Shown here: piece by piece, positions 1 through 7,265 of the stretch
How the letters are laid out: the number at the start of each line of letters is the position of its first letter
How positions within the stretch are numbered: position 1 is the stretch's first letter
Assembly (NCBI RefSeq): GCF_000012925.1
Contig: NC_007517.1
Coordinates: forward strand, 570,001-602,000
DNA from: Geobacter metallireducens GS-15
Lineage (GTDB): Bacteria > Desulfobacterota > Desulfuromonadia > Geobacterales > Geobacteraceae
Direction of reading: 5' to 3'
DNA length: 32,000 nt
Program-made: the position numbers and the translations under genes
Notes under the pieces: model-generated
The model's database searches: none
What the model was told of the DNA's origin: nothing
The model's input: the letters and a program-made list of their open reading frames with translations, nothing else

Positions 1-541
1 GGGCAGGTGAGTCGATCCCGAGGGACGGAGCGCTTAAAAAAATCATCTCGTCGTCGGGGAGCGGGTAGCCTCTGTGGCCGGCCATGTTCAGGTCATCGCA
101 GTGTTCGATAATGGCCAAGTCGAAGCGCCCGTTTTCGATTCCTTCGAGAGCCTGCTCAGGCATGTTAAAGACGAAATTCAGGTCAGCGGATTCGGCGTTG
201 TCGGCCATGAACGCGGAAACGATGGAAGGGAGTCGTCCGATGCCGAATGCAGGGGTACAGCAGAGGGAAATGCGCTGCTTCGGCTCATTGACATTGAGTT
301 TGTCAACGATTTGGCTTTCCAGATCGACGATCTGCTGGGCCTTGGCGAGCACAAACTGACCGGCCTCGGTGGGCCTGACGGCGTTGCCCGAGCGTATCAG
401 CAGTGGCTTGCCGATGTGATCCTCCAACTGCTTGAGCCGGCGCGAAACCGCGGACTGGGTGACGCAGAGCACTGCGGCGGCCTTGGAAATATTGCCGATG
501 GCCGCAACCTTGAGCAGTGTCTTGAAGAGCGTTATGTCCAT
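1..541 (-). CDS. LysR-family transcriptional regulator (N-terminal part; runs off the window start)
   Basis: Reverse-strand translation from the ATG at complement 539-541 gives MDITLFKTLLKVAAIGNISKAAAVLCVTQSAVSRRLKQLEDHIGKPLLIRSGNAVRPTEAGQ... This is the canonical LysR winged-HTH signature, and the frame stays open to position 2. It is absent from the ORF track because there is no stop inside the window. The + strand ORFs 74-634 and 84-359 are its antisense shadow. Confidence 0.85.
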   Translation of the reverse strand, partial: MDITLFKTLLKVAAIGNISKAAAVLCVTQSAVSRRLKQLEDHIGKPLLIRSGNAVRPTEAGQFVLAKAQQIVDLESQIVDKLNVNEPKQRISLCCTPAFGIGRLPSIVSAFMADNAESADLNFVFNMPEQALEGIENGRFDLAIIEHCDDLNMAGHRGYPLPDDEMIFLSAPSLGIDSPA

Positions 542-581
542 TGCCCCCCCCGGTGCTTGTTATGCCTGAAACGCATGGCTG

Positions 582-659
582 TCATGAAAATTAATCAGAG
601 AAACTATAGCAGTAAAATTGGGTCGAAACAATAAGTTAGAAAATCATGAATTAAATCAG
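582..659. repeat. Imperfect direct repeat TCATGAAAATTAATCAG (582-598) / TCATGAATTAAATCAG (644-659); candidate regulator binding sites
   Basis: Read directly from the sequence. The two copies are 62 bp apart in the AT-rich divergent intergenic region between the LysR gene and the rhodanese gene, upstream of the sigma-54 element. Confidence 0.4.
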
Positions 660-695
660 GCGTTTTTAGTTGTGGCTATTTCCGCATGGTTTTGG

Positions 696-711
696 TGGCA
701 TTAGGATTGCT
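696..711 (+). promoter_or_regulatory. Sigma-54 (RpoN) -24/-12 promoter
   Basis: TGGCAT-TAGGA-TTGCT matches the consensus TGGCAC-N5-TTGCW, with GG and GC in the correct spacing. It lies about 90 nt upstream of the ATG at 801. Confidence 0.55.
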
Positions 712-800
712 TATGTTAAAGCATCTTATACGAAGATGCATTATTGCTGGCCGGGAATTGGAAGCCCGGTGAACCATCATTACTGAGTGAAGGAGGTAGT

Positions 801-2138
801 ATGGCGAAACAGGCATGGAGGAAGGGACGCATCATTCTGAGCGGCATGCTCGGCGTGGTTGCGCTGGCTATGCTGACGTTGTGGGGCTGCGGCGGGGGCG
901 GGGGGAAAAGCTATGACACGCCCAGTCTGAACGGGCCTGCTCCGGTGGCGACGAAGACCGCTACTCCGCTGGTCGACGCGGTGACGCTCAAGGGATGGCT
1001 CGATGCCGGGCTGGTAAACAAGGCGGCAGGAAGTGAGCGGGTTGTCATCCTCGAGTTTTCAGGTAGCTACGTAGATACTAGCGTTACGCCGAATGTGACC
1101 AAGCTTCGCTACAACGATGGTCACATTCCCGGGGCGATCAGGGTTGATCTGACGGCTGAACTGATGGCAAACCGTGTTGAAGGGCCTGCCGAGTTCGCCC
1201 AGATGGTGGCCAGCGGCGCGCAGATGGACGCGCTCATCAAGCGGTGCGGCATCGACGAGAATACAACCATTGTTTTTACGACCTCTGAAGCGGAGATGAA
1301 CTCCAATACCCTCTGGAATATTACCCGCCCCTATACTACGTTCCGCTACTGGGGCTTCCCAAAAGAGCGTCTGAAGGTGCTTGACGGCGGCAACAAGGCT
1401 TGGGTTGCGGCTGCCTATCCCATGACAACGGTTGCTCCGACCATCACCGCTTCCACGTACAATGTGACTCCCCTCAATACCAACAGGGTCAAGGCAAATC
1501 TACGCGCATCGCTCTCTGAGATGATTGCGGCGGTGAATGCCGGTACTGGCCTGATCATCGATGGCAGGACCGATGGCGTTCCCGGTTCAACGACCGATCT
1601 GGTTGAAAGTTCCAAATATGTGGTCTTCGAAGGGCGGATGACCGGCGGCAGCGGGTACTCACATGTGAACCTTGTTGATGCAACGACTAAAAAATTCAAG
1701 GATCCCGCCGTTGTCGCGGCGGATATGACCACCAAAGGGCTCGATCTTACGAAGAATACCATCTATGCCATGTGCCGTGCAGGCAACATCGCGTCGGCCC
1801 TGTTCTTCTACTTTGACGGTATTCTCTACAACGACGGATCCAAGAACGTCGTCTGGTACGACGGCTCCTGGGGACAGTGGGGCCTCATGTCGGATAACGC
1901 GGCCAAGGGAGGCAAGCTCCCTGTCGGTTCCGCCTGGGCGACCGATTCCCTTACGCTGCCCATCACGTATGATGCCGACCTTGGCCGTACGGTGGTTGAC
2001 ATCACCTACCGCCTTGATCCCACTGTGTCCCATGCCACGGCAACCGCCAACCAGATCGAAGATGCCGACAAGGCCTACCTGAGCCCGGTCACGTCCGGTG
2101 GCGGTGGCGCAGGCGGCGGTGGTGGCGGCGGCTGCTAG
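801..2138 (+). CDS. extH: Rhodanese-family (sulfurtransferase-like) lipoprotein with a Gly-rich, Cys-terminated tail
   Basis: ORF 744-2138 trimmed to the ATG at 801 (AGGAGG at 791-796). Signal peptide with a lipobox-like LWGC followed by GGGGG. Rhodanese motifs DGHIPGAIRVD and active-site loop CRAGNIAS. The C-terminus is GGGGAGGGGGGGC-stop. The symbol is assigned from remembered synteny (rhodanese, porin, small protein, 5-haem cytochrome). Confidence 0.8.
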   Translation: MAKQAWRKGRIILSGMLGVVALAMLTLWGCGGGGGKSYDTPSLNGPAPVATKTATPLVDAVTLKGWLDAGLVNKAAGSERVVILEFSGSYVDTSVTPNVTKLRYNDGHIPGAIRVDLTAELMANRVEGPAEFAQMVASGAQMDALIKRCGIDENTTIVFTTSEAEMNSNTLWNITRPYTTFRYWGFPKERLKVLDGGNKAWVAAAYPMTTVAPTITASTYNVTPLNTNRVKANLRASLSEMIAAVNAGTGLIIDGRTDGVPGSTTDLVESSKYVVFEGRMTGGSGYSHVNLVDATTKKFKDPAVVAADMTTKGLDLTKNTIYAMCRAGNIASALFFYFDGILYNDGSKNVVWYDGSWGQWGLMSDNAAKGGKLPVGSAWATDSLTLPITYDADLGRTVVDITYRLDPTVSHATATANQIEDADKAYLSPVTSGGGGAGGGGGGGC

Positions 2139-2162
2139 AAGCGAGTTGTGATATCCCTGACA

Positions 2163-2184
2163 CCCCCGCCCGACGGGGCGGGGG
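2163..2184 (+). other. Intercistronic GC-rich stem-loop (no U-tract)
   Basis: CCCCCGCCC-GACG-GGGCGGGGG forms a perfect 9-bp stem between the rhodanese stop and the porin start. It is followed by atctacc rather than a T run, so it is more likely an mRNA stability or processing element than a terminator. Confidence 0.4.
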
Positions 2185-2209
2185 ATCTACCATGAAAAGG
2201 AGCGAATGC

Positions 2210-3457
2210 ATGATTAATATGCGCAAGATATCCACCATCTCCGGCGTCGCCCTCGGTACGGCACTGCTGGCAGGCACGGCCTTTGCCGGCCCCCGCATTA
2301 CCTTCGGACCTGAGGACCAGGGCGCCCTCCAGATCGACTACAAGGGGCAGTTCCAGATGACGGTTCGCGACAACGGTTCCGGCGCTGACGGCAACAGCAC
2401 CACCACCAACTTCAACTTCCGCCGCAACCGTCTCGCCTTCATGGGCAAGTACGGTGACATGGTGAGCCTCTATGTCCAGACCGAGTTCACCGAGGACCCC
2501 AATGTCGGCACCCTCGGTGTTTCCGACCAGAGTGCCAACACCGAATTCCAGTTGCTGGACGCAGTTGTGCGGTTCAAACTCAACGATGCCTTCCGGGTCA
2601 ACGTGGGCAAGTTCAAGTACGGCTTCTCCCGTGAGAACCTCGAGGCGTGCGAGATGCCTCTGACCCTCGACCGCTCTCTCTTTATCCGGGCCCCTTTCGT
2701 TTCTACCCGCGATATGGGGGTTGGAATCTGGGGTAACGTCCTGGAAGACAAGATCCAGTACCGTGCCGACGTGATGGAAGGGCGCAAGGCTGGTGATGAA
2801 GATGGTAACGGTCACAAATCACCCGACTCCAGCTTCCGTTATACGTTCCGGGGTCATGTGTCGCTGCTGGATCCCGAGTCGGATTATGGCTATAAGGGGA
2901 CCTACATGGGCAAGAAGCAGGTTCTCACCTTTGGCGCTGCCTACCAGTTCGAGCCCGACGTGGTGTACGGCAACCCCGCAGCCAAATCCGACAAGAAAGA
3001 TTACCAGGCATGGACCGTTGACGGCTTCTTCGAGTATCCCGTGGAAGCGGTCGGAACCTTCACCCTGTCGGCCGCCTATGCGGACTATGACCTGGACAAA
3101 TCCTACAATACGGCCATAAACGCTCTGACTGAGCCTGATAAAGACGCAATTGGCCTCAATGGCGAGAAGAACGGCTGGTACATGAAGGCCGGCTACATGC
3201 TTCCCAACCTGCCGCTCCAGTTCTTCGGTCGCTATGAGAAGTGGAGTTTCGCCATGCTCAACAATATCTACGATCAGGACGTTACCTGGTACGGCGGCGG
3301 GGTTAATTACTACATCTGGGGCCAGAACCTGAAGCTCACGGCTGAAATCAGCCGAACCGATTTCGACAAGGAAGGGGTGGCGAGCGGCATCCAGGGAACT
3401 AACCTGAAGACCGAGGACTTCACCACCTTCGTAACACAGCTCCAGCTTCTCTTCTAG
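2210..3457 (+). CDS. extI: Porin-like outer-membrane beta-barrel protein
   Basis: ORF 2192-3457 trimmed to the ATG at 2210 (AAGGAG at 2197-2202). Signal peptide ...LLAGTAFA/GP. Composition is rich in Gly, Tyr, Asn and Asp with an alternating beta-strand pattern. The C-terminal ...QLQLLF ends in Phe, typical of OM barrels. The symbol is from synteny. Confidence 0.8.
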   Translation: MINMRKISTISGVALGTALLAGTAFAGPRITFGPEDQGALQIDYKGQFQMTVRDNGSGADGNSTTTNFNFRRNRLAFMGKYGDMVSLYVQTEFTEDPNVGTLGVSDQSANTEFQLLDAVVRFKLNDAFRVNVGKFKYGFSRENLEACEMPLTLDRSLFIRAPFVSTRDMGVGIWGNVLEDKIQYRADVMEGRKAGDEDGNGHKSPDSSFRYTFRGHVSLLDPESDYGYKGTYMGKKQVLTFGAAYQFEPDVVYGNPAAKSDKKDYQAWTVDGFFEYPVEAVGTFTLSAAYADYDLDKSYNTAINALTEPDKDAIGLNGEKNGWYMKAGYMLPNLPLQFFGRYEKWSFAMLNNIYDQDVTWYGGGVNYYIWGQNLKLTAEISRTDFDKEGVASGIQGTNLKTEDFTTFVTQLQLLF

Positions 3458-3495
3458 GACGGAGCGCAACCCAATTCACGCAGGAGGAAAAGAGA

Positions 3496-3810
3496 ATGAA
3501 AAAAATCATGATGTCCATCGCAGCAGCCCTTGTGGCGGTTTCAATGGCGGCCGTTGCCTTCGCCTCCGGTTCCTTTTCTGGCAAGGTCACCAAGATTGAC
3601 GGCGCCAAGGTAACCGTCAAGGCCGACAAGATCCCCGCCTGGGTCAAGAAGGGTGGGAGCGTTTCCGCCATGGGCGGCTCTCCCAAGGTTCTCGATGTGA
3701 AGGGGAACGAAGTAACTCTTCGCTTCGGCAAGGCCAAGGCCGACAAGGTCAAAGTGGACTCTTCCCTGACCGTCTCCGAAGCTTCCGGAGACGAGCTCCA
3801 GGGGTGCTAG
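3496..3810 (+). CDS. extJ: Small secreted (periplasmic) Lys/Val-rich protein ending ...DELQGC
   Basis: ATG at 3496 preceded by AGGAGGAAAAG. Signal peptide MKKIMMSIAAALVAVSMAAVAFA/SG. The mature part is about 80 aa and beta-rich. The last residue is Cys. The symbol is from synteny only. Confidence 0.75.
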   Translation: MKKIMMSIAAALVAVSMAAVAFASGSFSGKVTKIDGAKVTVKADKIPAWVKKGGSVSAMGGSPKVLDVKGNEVTLRFGKAKADKVKVDSSLTVSEASGDELQGC

Positions 3811-3825
3811 GCTTATGATACCGTG

Positions 3826-3854
3826 CCTCCCCGCTCCGGGCGGGGAGGTTTTTT
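3826..3854 (+). terminator. Rho-independent terminator after the small secreted protein gene
   Basis: CCTCCCCGC-tccgg-GCGGGGAGG (9-bp stem) followed by TTTTTT. Confidence 0.8.
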
Positions 3855-3923
3855 GATTATGAATAAATCAAATTATTCAAATTGTTAATACCTAATGATT
3901 GGTCCCGGGTAAAGGAGAGGTGA

Positions 3924-5276
3924 ATGATGCTCAAACCTGTATGGCTGAAGCTATCGGTGGCCGCGGTTGCCTTCTGTGCCGCTACGCCGGTCTTTGCCGA
4001 AAAGGCCGGTATCGGCTGGCAGGGGACGATCTCCGCCAAGGCCGGCAAGGCTAAGACCATGGCAGAACTGGCCAAGATGTACGATTCAAGTTCCTGTATT
4101 GAATGTCACCAGGAGACCCACAACGATTGGAACAAATCGATCCATGCCCGCTCCATCTTCGGCACGAGCCGGACCGCGGCAACCCTCAAGACGGCGGTTG
4201 TCAACGGCCTGATGGAGTGGCCCTATTCGGGGGTTAAGAAACCGGAGGATGTGAAGGTTGAGCACCTGATGGGGTGTGCAAAGTGTCACCTTCCCCAGTT
4301 GGCTGATGCCGAGGATTCGGTGGCCAAGGAGATCATCGCCACTGTCGACAACTGGCAGGATGCCCTCAAGAAAAAGGATACGGTGAAAGCGTCTGCCGAA
4401 GCTGACAAGCTCAAAAGCCTGAACATCAGCTGTCTTGTTTGCCACAACCGCAACGCCATCACCCACAAATGGACCGACGGCTATCCCCAGGCGGGGGTCG
4501 TGTACGGCTCCAAGGATGGCGATCACCCGTCGGACGCCTTCCCGAAAATGAAGGCCAGTCCGATCATGAGCGAGTCGATTCAGTGTGGGCAGTGCCACGG
4601 CCTCGGTCCCAATATGGAACTGGACAACCCGACCCAGTGCTGCACCAGTTACGGCAGCTACCTCTGGGCCTACACGGCCGAGGGGGGGAGCGAGACCTGC
4701 CAGGACTGCCACATGAAGAAGAGCAAGCTCGGCCACAACATGCAGAGCTACCGCGATCCGGGCATGGCCAAGGCTGCGGTGGAGTTCAAGGCTGAGGCGC
4801 GGGCGTTCCACTGGCGTGACGGCGCCACGATCAAGCCCAAGGCGGTGGTGAAGGTGGAGATGGTGAACCGTGCCGGCCACTCCATCCCCGATGGCTGACC
4901 GACCCCCAACCGACTGGTTCTGTCGGTAATAGCAAAAACAAAAGATGGCCAGGAAGTGTTCAACCAGGAGAAGATCTACATGCCGGTTCCCCAGCAGCTT
5001 GGCCGGGGTGACCGGATGGGGCGCGGCCCCTATGAGAAGAGCGGAATTATTGAAGATACCGGCCTCCCGCCGGGCAAGGCGGTCCACGAGCGATTCGACA
5101 TTTTCTTCCCGGTTGATGAAGTGGAAGAGAACGGCAAGTGGGTGACGAAGCCCACTGCCAGCGAGTTGGACCTCGAAGTGAAGCTCTGGTATCTCCCCTT
5201 CGGCACCATGAATGCCGATCCCTTCCTGTGGCATGAGTTCACCAAAAAGGTGAGCATCAGCACCACCGGGAAATAG
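3924..5276 (+). CDS. extKL: Pentahaem c-type cytochrome, probable selenoprotein (TGA 4896-4898 read as Sec; ORFs 3924-4898 and 4956-5276 fused)
   Basis: GGAGAGG RBS and signal peptide ...TPVFA/EK. Five CXXCH sites: CIECH, CAKCH, CLVCH, CGQCH, CQDCH. Both ORFs are in the same frame with no other stop between 4899 and 4955. The tail has normal protein composition (...EVKLWYLPFGTMNADPFLWHEF...). The TGA falls inside ...NRAGHSIPDG[TGA]PTPNRLVLSV..., and a SECIS-like hairpin follows. The N-terminal cytochrome part on its own has confidence of about 0.9. Confidence 0.6.
4909..4927 (+). promoter_or_regulatory. SECIS-like recoding hairpin downstream of the in-frame UGA
   Basis: ACCGAC (4909-4914) pairs with GUCGGU (4922-4927) around the 7-nt loop UGGUUCU. 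The stem begins at the 11th nt after UGA and the loop contains GGUU. Both features resemble the minimal fdhF-type bacterial SECIS. Confidence 0.45.
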
Positions 5277-5309
5277 CAGTATCACGCTTGACCTCCTTCT
5301 CTGTTATGG

Positions 5310-5339
5310 GCCGGCAGGGTCACCTGCCGGCTTTTTTTT
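5310..5339 (+). terminator. Rho-independent terminator after the extKL-like gene
   Basis: GCCGGCAGG-gtca-CCTGCCGGC (9-bp stem) followed by TTTTTTTT. Confidence 0.8.
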
Positions 5340-5369
5340 CACGGGTCATTGCGCTATGATAGGCGCCAG

Positions 5370-7265
5370 ATGACGTACCTTTCCTTTCTGATAGATTCTC
5401 TTCCCCTGCTTCGGCGTTTGGCCACGTTCGCGCTGCTTCCGCTCGCCCTGCTGCTTTCAGGCTGCAATGGGGGTGGGGGAGAAAACGGCTCGTGCCTCTC
5501 ATGCCACCGGGGTATCGAGCATGCTTCTCCTGCCCATCCCCGCTGCGTTTCCTGCCACGGAGGCAATGAACGGGGCAGGGACAAGGAATCCGCCCACCGG
5601 GGCATGTTCGCCCTCCGCAATCCGTCGGATCCCCGCTCCTGGGAGCATAGCTGCGGTGCCTGCCACCCTTGGCAGCTTGCCCGGGTGAAGGGGAGTCTCA
5701 TGCAGACCAACACCGGGATGATTAAGAACATCCAGCTAACCTGGGAGGGGGAGGACGGAAAGCTCTACGGCAGCCGACGCGAGGATGTCTACTCCCCTGA
5801 TGGCAAAGAACGGCAGCTTGCCGCGGTGACGGAGCTGGACAATATCTCCGGAGAGCTCTACCGCAAGTTCTGCTCCCTCTGCCATGTCGGCATTGAAAAC
5901 CGTTACGCCTACGATGTGGGGCATTCGGCGGGGTGTGCCGCCTGCCACTTTCCCTGGAACGATACCGGCACCTATGCCGGCGGCGACCTGACCATGAAGG
6001 GGCGGGGGCCGGCCTCGGCTTCCCATGGGATGACGGGGCTTCCGGGCAACGACGTCTGCTTTCGGTGCCATAACCGGAGCGGCCGCATCGCCCTGTCGTA
6101 CATGGGGCTCAACGACGGCAACACCGCCCAGGTGCCGACGCGAAACGGGTTTCCCGGACCGCTTCTCACCAGCGGGAGCCGGAGCGTCACCCGCATCACG
6201 CCGGACATCCACTATGCCATGGGGATGGACTGCATCGACTGCCATACTTCCCGCGACATCATGGGTGACGGATACGCCTACGAGAACCTCTACCACCAGG
6301 TGGAGATCCGCTGCGAGGATTGCCACGGCAGCGGCACCGAGCTTCCCCGCTGGCGGGAAATCGTCCGGGAGAACGAAGCCCCGGTGCGCGAGTCGCGGCA
6401 GTACCGGCGGCAGATGCGCCCCGGCATGCGGATGATCGTCACCGGCAAGGGGCGCCCCTACTCGAACGTTTTCTACGAAAACGGACTGGTACGGCTTGTC
6501 GGCAAACGGAGCGGCCGCCTCTATACCAGCAAGGTGATTACCGGCACCCCGGCCCATACCGTAGCCGGCCACGGCAGGCTGGAGTGCTACAGTTGCCACT
6601 CCCGCGCGGTGGTCCAGTGTTACGGCTGCCATACCAACTACGACAAGTCCAGGACCGGCCGCGATTTTGTAAAGGATATGGATACCCTGGGGCTCTTTAC
6701 CGAGTCCGAGGACTACCGGATGCTCTACCCGTTCCCCCTGGCCCTCAACCAGCGGGGTAAAATATCGCCGGTCACCCCCGGTTGCCAGACCTTCGTGACC
6801 GTCACCGAGGTGGACGGGCGCGTGTCCAAAGAGGGGTATGTGACAACCTTCAAGGGTAAGCAGCAGCTGCGCTTTGCCCCCTTCTACTCCCACAACACCG
6901 GTGTGAAGGCCATCGGCTGCGGTGAGTGCCACGCAAACCCCGCCTTCCTGGGGTTCGGCCAGCATGAGGTGGAGGGGAGAAATATCGCTGCAACCATGCT
7001 CTGCCCCAAAAACGAGGAGAAGCCCCTGGACGGCTTCCAGACCATGGAGGGGGGGAAGGTGCGGGCTTTCTCGGCCGTTACCAGGGAAAATTCCCGCCCG
7101 CTTAACGAAGCGGAGGTTATGAAGGTATGGCGGGCAAACCTCTGCATTGTCTGCCACACCCGTCCCGACGACCCCATTTACCGCAAGGAGCTCGACTATC
7201 GTGCCCTGGATGATGCACTTCATCGCCGTATTCTGGCTGGCGGCGGCACTCGCGTCGCCCGCTGA
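5370..7265 (+). CDS. Dodecahaem c-type cytochrome lipoprotein
   Basis: ORF 5349-7265. The start is uncertain (ATG 5370 preferred, TTG 5349 possible). Lipobox LLLSGC followed by NGGGG. Twelve CXXCH motifs counted in the translation. Confidence 0.85.
   Translation: MTYLSFLIDSLPLLRRLATFALLPLALLLSGCNGGGGENGSCLSCHRGIEHASPAHPRCVSCHGGNERGRDKESAHRGMFALRNPSDPRSWEHSCGACHPWQLARVKGSLMQTNTGMIKNIQLTWEGEDGKLYGSRREDVYSPDGKERQLAAVTELDNISGELYRKFCSLCHVGIENRYAYDVGHSAGCAACHFPWNDTGTYAGGDLTMKGRGPASASHGMTGLPGNDVCFRCHNRSGRIALSYMGLNDGNTAQVPTRNGFPGPLLTSGSRSVTRITPDIHYAMGMDCIDCHTSRDIMGDGYAYENLYHQVEIRCEDCHGSGTELPRWREIVRENEAPVRESRQYRRQMRPGMRMIVTGKGRPYSNVFYENGLVRLVGKRSGRLYTSKVITGTPAHTVAGHGRLECYSCHSRAVVQCYGCHTNYDKSRTGRDFVKDMDTLGLFTESEDYRMLYPFPLALNQRGKISPVTPGCQTFVTVTEVDGRVSKEGYVTTFKGKQQLRFAPFYSHNTGVKAIGCGECHANPAFLGFGQHEVEGRNIAATMLCPKNEEKPLDGFQTMEGGKVRAFSAVTRENSRPLNEAEVMKVWRANLCIVCHTRPDDPIYRKELDYRALDDALHRRILAGGGTRVAR

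Noticed and set aside
74-634. ORFs 74-634 (+) and 84-359 (+), suggesting a + strand gene at the window start
   Set aside because: The opposite strand encodes an unmistakable LysR HTH (…SKAAAVLCVTQSAVSRRLKQLE…) from the ATG at complement 539-541. The + strand translations are low-complexity antisense products.
2163-2184. The GC-rich hairpin between the rhodanese and porin genes as a Rho-independent terminator
   Set aside because: There is no downstream T-run, and the porin gene follows within 25 nt with no promoter-like sequence. It is kept only as an intercistronic stem-loop.
4896-4898. Reading the TGA as a simple nonsense mutation (pseudogene), or as the genuine end of a 324-aa cytochrome followed by a separate 106-aa gene
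   Set aside because: This is not fully excluded. It is disfavoured for four reasons. The downstream frame is intact for 126 codons. The 19 codons between the TGA and the first possible start (GTG 4956) are also open. GTG 4956 has no Shine-Dalgarno sequence. A hairpin with SECIS-like spacing and loop follows the TGA.
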